A stretch of 64,000 nt of DNA, taken from contig DATLEK010000092.1 of NCBI GenBank assembly GCA_035525365.1, forward strand, positions 4,641 through 68,640, written 5' to 3'. The notes beneath the pieces are model-generated. The model was not told the DNA's origin, searched no databases, and was given only the letters and a program-made list of their open reading frames with translations. Each line of letters starts with the position of its first letter. Positions within the stretch are counted from its first letter, which is position 1. The DNA is from Acidimicrobiales bacterium. Its GTDB lineage: Bacteria > Actinomycetota > Acidimicrobiia > Acidimicrobiales > GCA-2861595. Positions 47,569 through 56,639 of this stretch are shown here, piece by piece. Both the position numbers and the translations under genes were made by a program.

Positions 47569-48990
47569 TCAGTAGGAGGAGCGCTCGGCCAGCCCGGCGG
47601 CGTAGTCAGGCCACCAGGTCCCGGCAGAGGGGCCGCCCCGGCACGTGCCGTCGGACTCGCCGGGGCGCTTCACCCAGAGGAGAGCGTCAAGTCCGCTCAC
47701 GCCGGTTGACGTCGACGGCCGCCCGCCGAGTGCCCGACCCGGGGGATTGCACCAGGATTCGGCGCCGTCGTACGGACCGAGCCCGTTGCGGCTGGTGTCG
47801 ACGACGAAGGCCTTCCCGCCGAGGTGCTCCGCCAACCCGGTCCCGTAGGCGATCTCGTTGGCCGTCGGTTGGAAATTTGAGACATTGAGCGAAAAGCCGC
47901 GGGCGCCGGACACGCCGGCCGCCTTCAGGCGGGCGGCCATCGTGTCGATCGGCACCCAGGCGGAGTGGCCGGCATCGATGTAGACGCTGGCGCCGCTCGC
48001 CGTGAGGGTGGTGCTGGCATCGGCGAGCAGGTCCAGGCGCTCCTGCTGCTGCACCGTGGTGAGGCAGGAGATCTGGCTCAGAGCGTCGGGCTCCAGGATG
48101 ACTGCGGCCTTACGCCCGCCGATGCCCTTGGCCAGCTCCCGGACCCAGGCGCGGTACCCGTCAGGTGTACCGATGCCGCCGGCCGAGTAGGACCCGCAGT
48201 CGCGCAGAGGTATGGCATAGGAGACGAACACGGGGACGGCGCCGGCGGCGGCGATGGTGCCGATACGGGCGTTCACGTTGGACGCCAGCTCGGCGGTGGG
48301 GATCCAGTCTCCGACCCAGTCAGCTTGTGACTGGCCGGCAACCTTGTCGAAGAGCGCGGCACGGGTGGGGTCAGACGTGCGGAGCGATGCCGCCTCCCGG
48401 GCCGCATTCGAGTACGGGTCAACGTACAGCGAGGCGCTTTCCAGGGCGTGTGACGGGCCTGCCGGGGCGGTTGTGGTGGTGGTCGTGGTCGTCGTGGAAG
48501 CTGGGGCGACCACGACCTCCACTACCCGTACACGGTCGAGGCGCAGGTTGCGGTCGCACTTCTTCGTCTTCTGGTCGTTGGAGTAGCCGATCACCACCGC
48601 GTGGCTGCCGGCCGGCAGCGGCACGGAGACGGCATAGTCGGTCCAGCGGGTGGACGACACGTCAGTGGAAAGTACGAGGGTGCCGTCGACCCGCACGTCC
48701 ATGCGGGGTGCCCCAGAGCAGAAATCGCCCCTGGCCCGCACCACGAGTTGCGTGCCAGCCCCGGTTGTCGTCGTGGCGGATGCGGTTCCGTTGGACCACA
48801 ACAAGAGGGCGTGGCCGGCCGAGGCGTCAGCATCGGCGTAGGACGCGCCGGCGCCGGCGGTAAGCGCCATGATCTCGGCTTCGAGGCTGACGTCTGCTGC
48901 TGCGGGCGATACAGGAAGGGTGGCCACCACGGTGCCGGTGAGGGCGGCGATGGCAGCGGCGACGACTCGGGCATTGGCACGGCGAAGCAC
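47569..48990 (-). CDS. Secreted glycoside hydrolase family 6 (cellulase) with N-terminal carbohydrate-binding module
   Basis: Signal peptide, a roughly 140-aa beta-sandwich-like module, a poly-Thr linker (TTTTTTTTT), then a GH6 catalytic domain (LYVDP.S.A..., PLRDCGSYSAGG, ILEPDAL, YIDAGHSAW, GFSLNVSNF, VVDTSRNG, WCNP.GRALG, LWVKRPGESDG). Confidence 0.85.
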   Translation of the reverse strand: MLRRANARVVAAAIAALTGTVVATLPVSPAAADVSLEAEIMALTAGAGASYADADASAGHALLLWSNGTASATTTTGAGTQLVVRARGDFCSGAPRMDVRVDGTLVLSTDVSSTRWTDYAVSVPLPAGSHAVVIGYSNDQKTKKCDRNLRLDRVRVVEVVVAPASTTTTTTTTTAPAGPSHALESASLYVDPYSNAAREAASLRTSDPTRAALFDKVAGQSQADWVGDWIPTAELASNVNARIGTIAAAGAVPVFVSYAIPLRDCGSYSAGGIGTPDGYRAWVRELAKGIGGRKAAVILEPDALSQISCLTTVQQQERLDLLADASTTLTASGASVYIDAGHSAWVPIDTMAARLKAAGVSGARGFSLNVSNFQPTANEIAYGTGLAEHLGGKAFVVDTSRNGLGPYDGAESWCNPPGRALGGRPSTSTGVSGLDALLWVKRPGESDGTCRGGPSAGTWWPDYAAGLAERSSY

Positions 48991-49172
48991 GGGCCATCAT
49001 CGACAGGCCCGAAGACCAGCTTGATCGGTTGCCGCTCTATTCGTGGCTGGCGCCGGACATCGAGTTGGATCGCAAGCGGAATGGAGAAGGGTCGGGCCAG
49101 GGAATGGTGGGACCGTGCTCGGTGGGCGTTACGCTGGCCTGACCCGAGGGATTTCTCCTCAATTCACAGCCT

Positions 49173-49249
49173 GGGGACGTAGCTCAGCTGGCTAGAGCAC
49201 CGCCTTTGCAAGGCGGGGGTCGTGGGTTCGAATCCCATCGTCTCCACCA
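49173..49249 (+). tRNA. tRNA-Ala (anticodon TGC), CCA encoded
   Basis: GGGGACG TA GCTC AGCTGGCTA GAGC A CCGCC TTTGCAA GGCGG GGGTC GTGGG TTCGAAT CCCAT CGTCTCC A CCA. G3:U70 identity pair present. Confidence 0.95.
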
Positions 49250-49570
49250 GAGGAACCGCAGGCCATAGGTATCGTAGCGGCCAAGACAGCCGATCACGCC
49301 AGAACTCCTCCGGCGGCTATCCACAGGGTGTACATGGACGAACCGGCTTTCGTGAGGCTCGATCGGGCTAGGCGTCATCGTCGCCGGGCGGGTGGCTGGA
49401 GGCTGCGCCATCTCGTGAAGCTACCTACTGGCCGGGCCAGTCCCGGACCACCCGAGCTGACTAGTCGAATGCTCAAGTTTCACTGTGCGTGGTCGAAGTT
49501 GACGGGGTGCCTCGCGTCCGCGGGCGCGCTTCTGCAGCCGTACAAGAGAGTCCCACCAGAAAGCAGGAAG

Positions 49571-51520
49571 ATGGTTCAGGTCCGGACAGGCGTGGGGCTG
49601 CTGGCGGCAGCAGCGTCGGCCGTCGCGCTCGTCGCCCTCGCCTCGCCCGCCGGCGCCAGCTCCGCTGCGCCGCAGATCATCAGCTCGCCGGCACCCGACC
49701 CCGGGAACGACACCACGCCCACTTGGGCCTTCAGCGTCGACAACGCCGGACAGTTGTCCTGCCGACTCACCGGGCCCGGGCGTCCCGATGCCTATACCGA
49801 CTGCGCCAGCCCCATCATTTACGACCTCGCCGGCCACGCCGACGGCACCTACACCTTCGCCGTGCGCCGGCAGCCCTCGAACGCCAACAGCGATGAGACG
49901 GCAGCCACCAGCACTTATACCCTGGACACCTCGGCTCCGGTCATCATCACCTCCGGACCTCCGAGCCCCAGCGCCGCCAGCTCCGGCAGCTGGACGTTCA
50001 CGGCCGAGGCCGGAGCGACCTTCGAGTGCAAGCTCGGTCTGTCCGGATCCAATCCCGCATTCAGCCCCTGCAGCAGCGGTGCCACGTTCGCATTCCCCAC
50101 CGACGGCACCTACACCTTCACCGTCCAGGCCACCGACCCTCTCGGCAACACCGGCCCGCCGGCCAGCGCCATCCACATCCGCCAGGCTGTCGTCCTGGTT
50201 CCGCCCCCGCCACCCCCGCCACCCCCCCCGGGTACCCCCGTCATCACATCGGCTCTCGCTCGGGTGGGGCAAAGCACCAGCTCAGCATGGTCCTTCACCG
50301 CAGATCCGGGGGCTTCGACCTTCTGCCAGCTGAGCCCGCCGGGGCCAAATCCAAGCGGCTTCATCGCCTGCTCCAGCCCAGCGACCTACAGCGTCGTCAC
50401 CGACGGCACTTACACCTTCGCGGTGTACGCGACCAACGCATCGGGTACGAGCGCCACCGCCAACGACACCTACACGCTCGACACGTCGGCCCCGGCGGCC
50501 CCGGTGATCGGCAGCGGTCCGGCGTCGCCCGGCACCGACACCACACCCCGATGGACCTTCACCGCCGACGCAGAAAGCGAGTCCGAGTGCATGCTGGCGA
50601 GCGGGACCACGGTTATCGCCACCTGGGAGCCATGCTCCGGTTCAGAGTCCTATCGGCTGTCCGATGCGGGCAGCTACGTCTTCTCCGTCCGGTCCCGCGA
50701 TGCCGCAGGCAACACCAGCCCTACGAGCAGTGCCGTCTATGTCTTCCAGCCCGTCAGCCGTGGAGCCACCGGGCCCACCGGGCCACCGCCGGCACCCCCT
50801 GTGAACCGGCCCACGACCCCCCCCGCCGAGCCTGCGCCTGAGGGCCCGACGCCCGCCGGCCCCACCCCCTCCGGCCCGACGCCGGCCGTCCCTGTGACGC
50901 CGCCGGCCCCGGGCCTGAACAAGACCGGCGGAGCCCCCGCCTCGGTCGTGGACCCGGGTTCCGGCGCGCGGCCCACCCAACCCGTGCCCCTCGCCGGCCC
51001 CCGGTCGGCGCCGGCCTCGGTCGTGGTCCCCGCCGCGGCCCCCACTCTGGCACCGGCCGCCACCGTTACACCCACCCCTGCCCAGCAGGTGCCTACGGCG
51101 CCGGCTGAAACGTTCACCCGAAATGCGCCGGCGGCGCCAAGCCCCGCACCTGGGGTCACCCCCAGATCTTTGATCGCCACTGCGGTGGCACCAGCGACAA
51201 CCTCTACCCAAAACCAAGGCCAAGCGGTCCCTCCGCCCGGCCCCTCGGAGCTGGATGCCGGCGACGAGTCCGCCGCCCCCCCCGCCCTGCTGCCGTCCCA
51301 GACCGACGAGACGGTGGCCGAAACCATCCTGGACGTGGGCGTGGAAGCGGTGAAGAAGTCGGCCTTCCCCTTCCTTCTGCTCCTCATCGTGTTCCTGTTC
51401 CTCGTGGTGCAGGACCGGATCGACCGGCGGGACCCGAAGTTGGCGATGGCGCCGGTGTACCGCGACGCCGCCCTCAGTTTCACGCCCCCGCCGACCTGGT
51501 CCCCACCCCGCCATGACTGA
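49571..51520 (+). CDS. Secreted surface protein: four Ig-like repeats, Pro-rich stalk, C-terminal TM anchor
   Basis: ATG at 49571 after AGGAAG, then a signal peptide. Four repeats of about 85 aa each carry two Cys and a DGTYTF.V.A.D..GN...... core, some ending in YTLDTSAP. A poly-Pro (PPPPPPPPPPP) and long P/A/T-rich region follow, then the TM FPFLLLLIVFLFLVV. Confidence 0.7.
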   Translation: MVQVRTGVGLLAAAASAVALVALASPAGASSAAPQIISSPAPDPGNDTTPTWAFSVDNAGQLSCRLTGPGRPDAYTDCASPIIYDLAGHADGTYTFAVRRQPSNANSDETAATSTYTLDTSAPVIITSGPPSPSAASSGSWTFTAEAGATFECKLGLSGSNPAFSPCSSGATFAFPTDGTYTFTVQATDPLGNTGPPASAIHIRQAVVLVPPPPPPPPPPGTPVITSALARVGQSTSSAWSFTADPGASTFCQLSPPGPNPSGFIACSSPATYSVVTDGTYTFAVYATNASGTSATANDTYTLDTSAPAAPVIGSGPASPGTDTTPRWTFTADAESESECMLASGTTVIATWEPCSGSESYRLSDAGSYVFSVRSRDAAGNTSPTSSAVYVFQPVSRGATGPTGPPPAPPVNRPTTPPAEPAPEGPTPAGPTPSGPTPAVPVTPPAPGLNKTGGAPASVVDPGSGARPTQPVPLAGPRSAPASVVVPAAAPTLAPAATVTPTPAQQVPTAPAETFTRNAPAAPSPAPGVTPRSLIATAVAPATTSTQNQGQAVPPPGPSELDAGDESAAPPALLPSQTDETVAETILDVGVEAVKKSAFPFLLLLIVFLFLVVQDRIDRRDPKLAMAPVYRDAALSFTPPPTWSPPRHD

Positions 51521-53129
51521 CCGGGTCCGCAGCGCGGGCGAGCTCGTCCCCCTGGCTGAACGGGTGCAGCGGATGCAGCTCTTCCGCCTCGGGGTCTCCG
51601 CCGCCGTCGTGTTGTTCGCTCTGCTGGCACCGGACGCCCTCGACGCCGGCCTCGGTGACCTCGCCGCCGGTGTCGGCGCCTATCTGGCCCTCAGTCTCGG
51701 CTGCGAGTGGTGGTGGCACCGTTCCCGTGGCGGGCTGGTCCTGTTCGGCGCCATGCTCATCGTCGACGGCATCTTCCTCGCCTGGGCGTCGTACCTGACC
51801 GGCGGCATGATCAGTCCGCTCCGGTACCTGATCCTGCTCCATCTCATCGCCGTCAGCCTCCTCGCCTCCCACCGGACCGGGCTCAAGCTGGCGCTGTGGC
51901 ACTCTCTTCTTCTGTTCGTGGTGTTCTACGCCCAGGAGGCGGACCTCCTCCGGCCCTTCGGCCAGGCGGTGGAGCAACTGCCGGGATCCAACTTCCAGCA
52001 ACTGGTGGGCTTCGTCGCCGTCTTCTGGCTGGTGGCCATGATCACCGGCACCCTCTCGGCGGTGAACGAACGAGAGCTACGCCGGCGGCGATACGACCTC
52101 GAAGCGCTGGCCCGCATGGCCGTCGACCTCGAGGATGCCACCGATCCCGGCGCGGTGGCTCAGGTCCTGCTCGACAGCGTGGTGGACGCCTTCAGCTTCG
52201 GGCGGTCCGCCGTGCTGGGCGGACAGGGGGATGAACTGTCGGTGATGGCCGCACTGGGGACCGGGCGTGCTCCCACGCCCCGTCACCGGCCGGTGGCCAA
52301 GTCAGTCCTGCATCACGCCAGGGAGAGCCGCATGACCCAGCTCGTCCTGGAGCTCGACGCCGGGAACGATCCGTGGCTGGCGTCGCTGTTCCCCTCGGCT
52401 CGCAACCTGGCCCTGGTGCCACTGACGGCCGAGGGCCGATCGGTGGGCGTACTGGTCATCGAACACTCCCTCCGGCAGGGCTCGCGCATCGAACGGCGAG
52501 TCGTGTCGATCGTGGAGCGGTTCACCTCCCAAGCCGCCTTGGCGCTGCGCAACGCATGGCTACTGGAGCAACTGCAGAAGGTCGCCTCCACCGACGGCCT
52601 CACCGGTATCGCCAACCGGCGGGCCTTCGACACGGTTCTGGAGCGGGAGCTGGCCCGAGCCTCCCGTGCCGGCACCATGGTCTCTCTCGTCCTGCTGGAC
52701 ATCGACCACTTCAAGAAGTTCAACGACGCCCACGGGCACCAGAGTGGAGACGACGTGTTGCGAGCCGTGGCCGCCAGCCTGGCTCTGGAGTGCCGCGAGT
52801 ACGACACCCCCGCCCGCTACGGGGGCGAGGAGTTCGCCGTCGTCCTGCCGAACTGTTCGCCCGAGGAGGCTCATACCGCCGCCGAGCGGCTACGCCTCGC
52901 CGTGGCCGGAGCTGATTCCCCCCTGCCGGTGACGGTCAGCGCCGGCATAGCCACGTTCCCGATCAACGGAAAGGACCCTGTGTCGGTGGTGACGGCTGCC
53001 GACGAGGCCTTGTACGAGTCGAAGCGTGCCGGTCGGAACTGCGTCACGGCGTCAAGCCGCACGACGCCGCAACCGGCGTCGGCGCCTGCCGTGCACGAGG
53101 AACGTAGGAGCGCCCCCCAGAACCGCTGA
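51513..53129 (+). CDS. Membrane-bound GAF-GGDEF diguanylate cyclase
   Basis: Five to six N-terminal TM helices and a GAF-like middle region. GGDEF domain DGLTGIANRRAF...LLDIDHFKKFND.HGH..GD.VL with active-site GGEEF and I-site REYD (RxxD) five residues upstream. The ATG overlaps the preceding gene by 8 nt. Confidence 0.9.
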   Translation: MTDRVRSAGELVPLAERVQRMQLFRLGVSAAVVLFALLAPDALDAGLGDLAAGVGAYLALSLGCEWWWHRSRGGLVLFGAMLIVDGIFLAWASYLTGGMISPLRYLILLHLIAVSLLASHRTGLKLALWHSLLLFVVFYAQEADLLRPFGQAVEQLPGSNFQQLVGFVAVFWLVAMITGTLSAVNERELRRRRYDLEALARMAVDLEDATDPGAVAQVLLDSVVDAFSFGRSAVLGGQGDELSVMAALGTGRAPTPRHRPVAKSVLHHARESRMTQLVLELDAGNDPWLASLFPSARNLALVPLTAEGRSVGVLVIEHSLRQGSRIERRVVSIVERFTSQAALALRNAWLLEQLQKVASTDGLTGIANRRAFDTVLERELARASRAGTMVSLVLLDIDHFKKFNDAHGHQSGDDVLRAVAASLALECREYDTPARYGGEEFAVVLPNCSPEEAHTAAERLRLAVAGADSPLPVTVSAGIATFPINGKDPVSVVTAADEALYESKRAGRNCVTASSRTTPQPASAPAVHEERRSAPQNR

Positions 53130-53143
53130 TCCCCCCGGCGACG

Positions 53144-54106
53144 TCAGGCGGGGGTCGGTACTCGCTCGGCGTGCTCGGCCCGCTCGGCCCGGCGATCCCG
53201 CAGACGTTGTGCCGCCTTGCCCACCTTGGCCACCCTGGAGACCAGACGCTCCCGGGCCTGCTCGGCCTCGGGTGACAGACCCTCCAGGGACTCCACGCCC
53301 CAGCAGCGGAGCACCACCGGCACCAGGATGTGGTCGTGGTGCTCGATGAAGTCATAGACACCGGCGTGGGCGATGAGCTTGGCGTGGGCGGCGAAGTTCG
53401 GGATCCCCACTCCGGGCATGGCGAAGTCGCGCACTTGGCGCTCGATGGCAATGACTACGGTGGACGGGTCGAGCTCGATTGCCGCGCTCGTGGCGTCACG
53501 ATAGAAGAGGTAGTGGAGGTTCTCGTCGGCGGCCACACGGGCCATCACGTCGTAGCCGGCGCGGTCGGTGAGCAGCTTTCCGGTGTTGCGATGGGAGATA
53601 CGGGTAGCCAGCTCCTGCAGGGCAACGTAGACGAGGGCGTCGGCCACGGTTTCCGGCTCGGGGACCACCGCGGTGGAAACCTGCTGCATCCGTCCCCGCT
53701 CGAGCTCCACGGGATCGAGAGCCCGGGTGACGGTGAGGTAGTCGCGCATGACGATGGCATGTCGACCCTCTTCGGCTGTCCACCGCCGGTTCCAGGTCTT
53801 CCAGGCACCGTCGGTGAAGACGGAGTCGATGTGGGCGAAGTAGTACGGAAGATTGTCCTCGGTGAGCAGGTTCACGAACAGGGCACTTCGCACCGTGTCC
53901 GGCATGTCGTACTCGCTGGGGTCCCACTCCTCGTTGGCCTCGAAGTCGCGGCCGCGGCCCCACGGAACCAACTCGTGGGGGAACCACTCCTTGGCCGTGG
54001 CCAGGTGTCGGTCCAGCAACGTGGCCACGGTGGGCTCGAGCTCGTGCAGCAGGGCGGTTTCCTCCATGCCCTGCAGCCTACCTACTGGTAGGTAGGCTGC
54101 GTTCAT
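53144..54106 (-). CDS. Acyl-ACP desaturase (soluble di-iron, DesA-like)
   Basis: ...LLTEDNLPYY......, WTAEEGRHAIVMRDYL, ...ALQELATRISH (EXXH di-iron motifs). The start may be ATG 54106 or ATG 54067. Confidence 0.85.
   Translation of the reverse strand: MNAAYLPVGRLQGMEETALLHELEPTVATLLDRHLATAKEWFPHELVPWGRGRDFEANEEWDPSEYDMPDTVRSALFVNLLTEDNLPYYFAHIDSVFTDGAWKTWNRRWTAEEGRHAIVMRDYLTVTRALDPVELERGRMQQVSTAVVPEPETVADALVYVALQELATRISHRNTGKLLTDRAGYDVMARVAADENLHYLFYRDATSAAIELDPSTVVIAIERQVRDFAMPGVGIPNFAAHAKLIAHAGVYDFIEHHDHILVPVVLRCWGVESLEGLSPEAEQARERLVSRVAKVGKAAQRLRDRRAERAEHAERVPTPA
54073..54100. promoter_or_regulatory. 28-bp near-perfect palindrome at the desaturase 5' end (operator or 5' hairpin candidate)
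   Basis: GCAGCCTACCTAC-TG-GTAGGTAGGCTGC: perfect 13-bp arms, 2-nt spacer. It lies between the two candidate desaturase start codons, in the region divergent from the peroxiredoxin gene. Confidence 0.5.
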
Positions 54107-54186
54107 CGGGAATGGACGCCGGCCTGCATTGTTGACTCCAGAGGTCGGGTATCCTGGCCGACACCATCGAATCTGGAGGTAACGAC

Positions 54187-54822
54187 ATGGCGCTGCAACT
54201 AGGAGACGAGGCCCCGGACTTCACCGCCGACACCACCGAGGGCACCATCGGCTTCCACGAGTGGCTCGGTGACGGCTGGGGCGTTCTGTTCTCCCACCCG
54301 AAAGACTTCACCCCGGTGTGCACCACGGAGCTGGGCGCGGTGGCCAAGCTGAAGGACGAGTTCGCCACGCGCAACACCAAGGTTTTGGCCATCAGCGTCG
54401 ACTCCGTGGAAGACCACCAGCGCTGGGTGGGCGACATCGAGGAGACTCAGGGCGCCAAGGTGGAGTACCCCCTGATCGGGGACCCCGACCGGAAGATCGC
54501 CGACCTCTACGGGATGATCCACCCCAAGGCCGAGGACACCCAGACCGTGCGCTCGGTCTTCGTGATCGGGCCGGACAAGACGATCAAGCTCATGATCACC
54601 TATCCCCAGTCGGCGGGGCGTAACTTCGCCGAGATCCTGCGGGTGATCGACTCCCTGCAGCTCAGCGCCAAGTACCGGGTCTCCACGCCGGCGGACTGGC
54701 AGGACGGCCAGGACGTGATCATCCAGCCTGCGGTGTCCGACGAGGAGGCCAAGGAGAAGTTCCCCAAGGGCTGGGAAGCGGTCAAGCCCTATCTGCGGCT
54801 CACGCCCCAGCCCGACAAGTAG
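54187..54822 (+). CDS. 1-Cys peroxiredoxin (Prx6-type)
   Basis: LGDEAPDFTADTTEG.I.FHEWLGDGWGVLFSHPKDFTPVCTTELG. Confidence 0.9.
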   Translation: MALQLGDEAPDFTADTTEGTIGFHEWLGDGWGVLFSHPKDFTPVCTTELGAVAKLKDEFATRNTKVLAISVDSVEDHQRWVGDIEETQGAKVEYPLIGDPDRKIADLYGMIHPKAEDTQTVRSVFVIGPDKTIKLMITYPQSAGRNFAEILRVIDSLQLSAKYRVSTPADWQDGQDVIIQPAVSDEEAKEKFPKGWEAVKPYLRLTPQPDK

Positions 54823-54855
54823 CTCTCTCCCGGACCTCACGAACAGCAGGCCAAG

Positions 54856-56043
54856 GTGGGCACGGCGGTCATCGTCGACGCCGTGCGCACCGCCTGCGCC
54901 CGGCGCAACGGGAAGTTGTCCGGCTGGCACAGCACGGATCTGGCCGCATCGGTCCTGCGGGCGCTGGTGGAACGCAGTGACCTCGACCCCGTCCTGGTGG
55001 ACGATGTGGTCATGGGCTGTGTCATGCAGGTGGGCGAGCAGAGCCTGAACGTCGCCCGAAACGCCGTGCTGGCCGCCGGCTTCCCCGAATCGGTACCGGG
55101 TACCACTGTCGACCGTCAGTGCGCCAGCTCCCAGCAGGCGGTGCACTTCGCCGCCCAGGCCGTGATGGCGGGTGCCTGCGACGTGGTGATCGCCGCCGGC
55201 GTGGAGTCGATGAGCCGGGTCCCGATGGGGGTCTCCATGGAGGTGGTGGGGGCGGGGATGCCGTTCGGGCCCGGCCTACGTGGCCGTTATGCGGAGGCCG
55301 GCGGTCTGGTGCCCCAGGGGGTGGCGGCCGAGCTGATGGCCGAGCGCTGGGGGTTGTCCCGGGAGACGCTCGACGATTATGCCGCGGGCTCCCAGCAGCG
55401 GGCGGCAAAGGCCCGCCTCGACGGCCGCTTCGCCGCGGAGATGGTGCCGCTGGCCGTACGGGACCAGAACGGCCACACCACGGGCGAGACCTTTGAGGCC
55501 GACGAGGGCATCCGACCCGGGACGACGGCCGAGGTTCTGGCCACTCTCAAGCCCGCTTTCACGCCCGGCGGGACCGTGACCGCCGGCAACTCCTCCCAGA
55601 TCAGCGACGGTGCTGCGGCCGTACTGGTGATGAGCGAGGAGCGTTGCTCGGCCCTGGGCCTGGTACCCCGCGCCCGCCTGCGGGCTTTCGCCGTTTCAGG
55701 GGTCGATCCCATTCTGATGCTCAGCGGTCCCATCTCGGCCACGCAACGCGTACTCGAGCGGGCCAAGCTCGCGGTGGATGACATCGACCTGTTCGAGGTG
55801 AACGAGGCCTTCGCCTCGGTGGTGCTGGCCTGGGCGGCGGAGCTCCGGCCGGACATGGCCAGGGTAAACGTGAACGGCGGCGCCATAGCTCTCGGCCACC
55901 CCATCGGAGCATCGGGTGCCCGTGTGCTGGCCACACTGGTCAACGAGCTGGAGCGGAGGGACGGGCGTTACGGTTTGCAGGTGATGTGCACGGGTGGCGG
56001 CCAGGGCACCGCTCTGGTCATCGAACGTCAGGCGGGCTCGTAG
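54856..56043 (+). CDS. Acetyl-CoA C-acyltransferase (thiolase)
   Basis: Active-site Cys context VDRQCASSQQA, plus C-terminal NVNGGAIALGHPIGASGARV and CTGGGQG. Confidence 0.9.
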   Translation: MGTAVIVDAVRTACARRNGKLSGWHSTDLAASVLRALVERSDLDPVLVDDVVMGCVMQVGEQSLNVARNAVLAAGFPESVPGTTVDRQCASSQQAVHFAAQAVMAGACDVVIAAGVESMSRVPMGVSMEVVGAGMPFGPGLRGRYAEAGGLVPQGVAAELMAERWGLSRETLDDYAAGSQQRAAKARLDGRFAAEMVPLAVRDQNGHTTGETFEADEGIRPGTTAEVLATLKPAFTPGGTVTAGNSSQISDGAAAVLVMSEERCSALGLVPRARLRAFAVSGVDPILMLSGPISATQRVLERAKLAVDDIDLFEVNEAFASVVLAWAAELRPDMARVNVNGGAIALGHPIGASGARVLATLVNELERRDGRYGLQVMCTGGGQGTALVIERQAGS

Positions 56044-56052
56044 GATCTCCAT

Positions 56053-56298
56053 GTGGTGAAGCTGGTGGTGAGCCTCGTGTTCATCTTCGTGGTGCTGAAG
56101 GTGGGGGTGTTGATCCTCCGGGGCCTGGCCCGTGCCGCACCGGAGGCGCCGCCGGCGGGGGAGCTACGACGCGTGAGCCTCAAGTACCGGTGCGCCACGT
56201 GCGGAACCGCGTTGAAGATGACGTCGGCTCCCGACGCCGACCCGCCTCCGCCGCGCCACTGCCTGGAGGACATGCAGCTGGTGACCCCGATCGACTAG
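56053..56298 (+). CDS. Small membrane protein with CxxC...HC zinc-ribbon-like tail
   Basis: 81 aa: N-terminal TM (LVVSLVFIFVVLKVGVLIL), then YRCATCGT...PRHCLEDM. No family recognised. Confidence 0.4.
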   Translation: MVKLVVSLVFIFVVLKVGVLILRGLARAAPEAPPAGELRRVSLKYRCATCGTALKMTSAPDADPPPPRHCLEDMQLVTPID

Positions 56299-56313
56299 TG
56301 AGAGGGGCCGGCG

Positions 56314-56607
56314 CTACCGGTACTGGGTGGCGGCGATGAAACCGCCGGTTATGAACCCGAGGCCGAGGAACAGGTACTCGTTCTTGGCATCGCCGGGCAG
56401 GATCTCGAGGTAGTTGCAGATGATGATGCCCATGCCCAGGAGAAGCAGCGTGAACATGACGATCGGCACCCAACGCGGGCTGACCTTGTCCTCCTTGGGT
56501 ATCGGGGGCGTGTACCGGCCCGAGGGCGGCGGCGTCGCTCGTCCCCGTCCGGTCGAGCCCTTCGGCGTCACCCGGCCGGTTCCACCTTTCAAGTCCTTGG
56601 TCCGCAT
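56314..56607 (-). CDS. crgA: Cell division protein CrgA
   Basis: Basic N-terminus and two TM helices: ...[25 protein letters not shown].....[22 protein letters not shown]. Conserved position next to trpG/pknB. Confidence 0.8.
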   Translation of the reverse strand: MRTKDLKGGTGRVTPKGSTGRGRATPPPSGRYTPPIPKEDKVSPRWVPIVMFTLLLLGMGIIICNYLEILPGDAKNEYLFLGLGFITGGFIAATQYR

Positions 56608-56639
56608 GGGCCGAGGTTACTGAGGACGGAGGTCCGGCC

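Noticed and set aside
48991-49172. CebR-type operator (TGGGAGCGCTCCCA) upstream of the GH6 cellulase: TGGGACCGTGCTCG.
   Set aside because: Only about 9 of 14 positions match and the sequence is not palindromic.
49317-49325. CTATCCACA, an 8/9 match to the E. coli DnaA box, downstream of tRNA-Ala.
   Set aside because: A single isolated site far from dnaA/oriC with no neighbouring boxes; most likely chance.
49250-49570. The roughly 320-nt leader before the Ig-repeat protein as a possible c-di-GMP (GEMM) riboswitch, given the downstream GGDEF gene.
   Set aside because: I could not locate the conserved GEMM-I or GEMM-II core sequences or a convincing paired architecture by eye. A covariance-model scan would be needed, so no claim is made.
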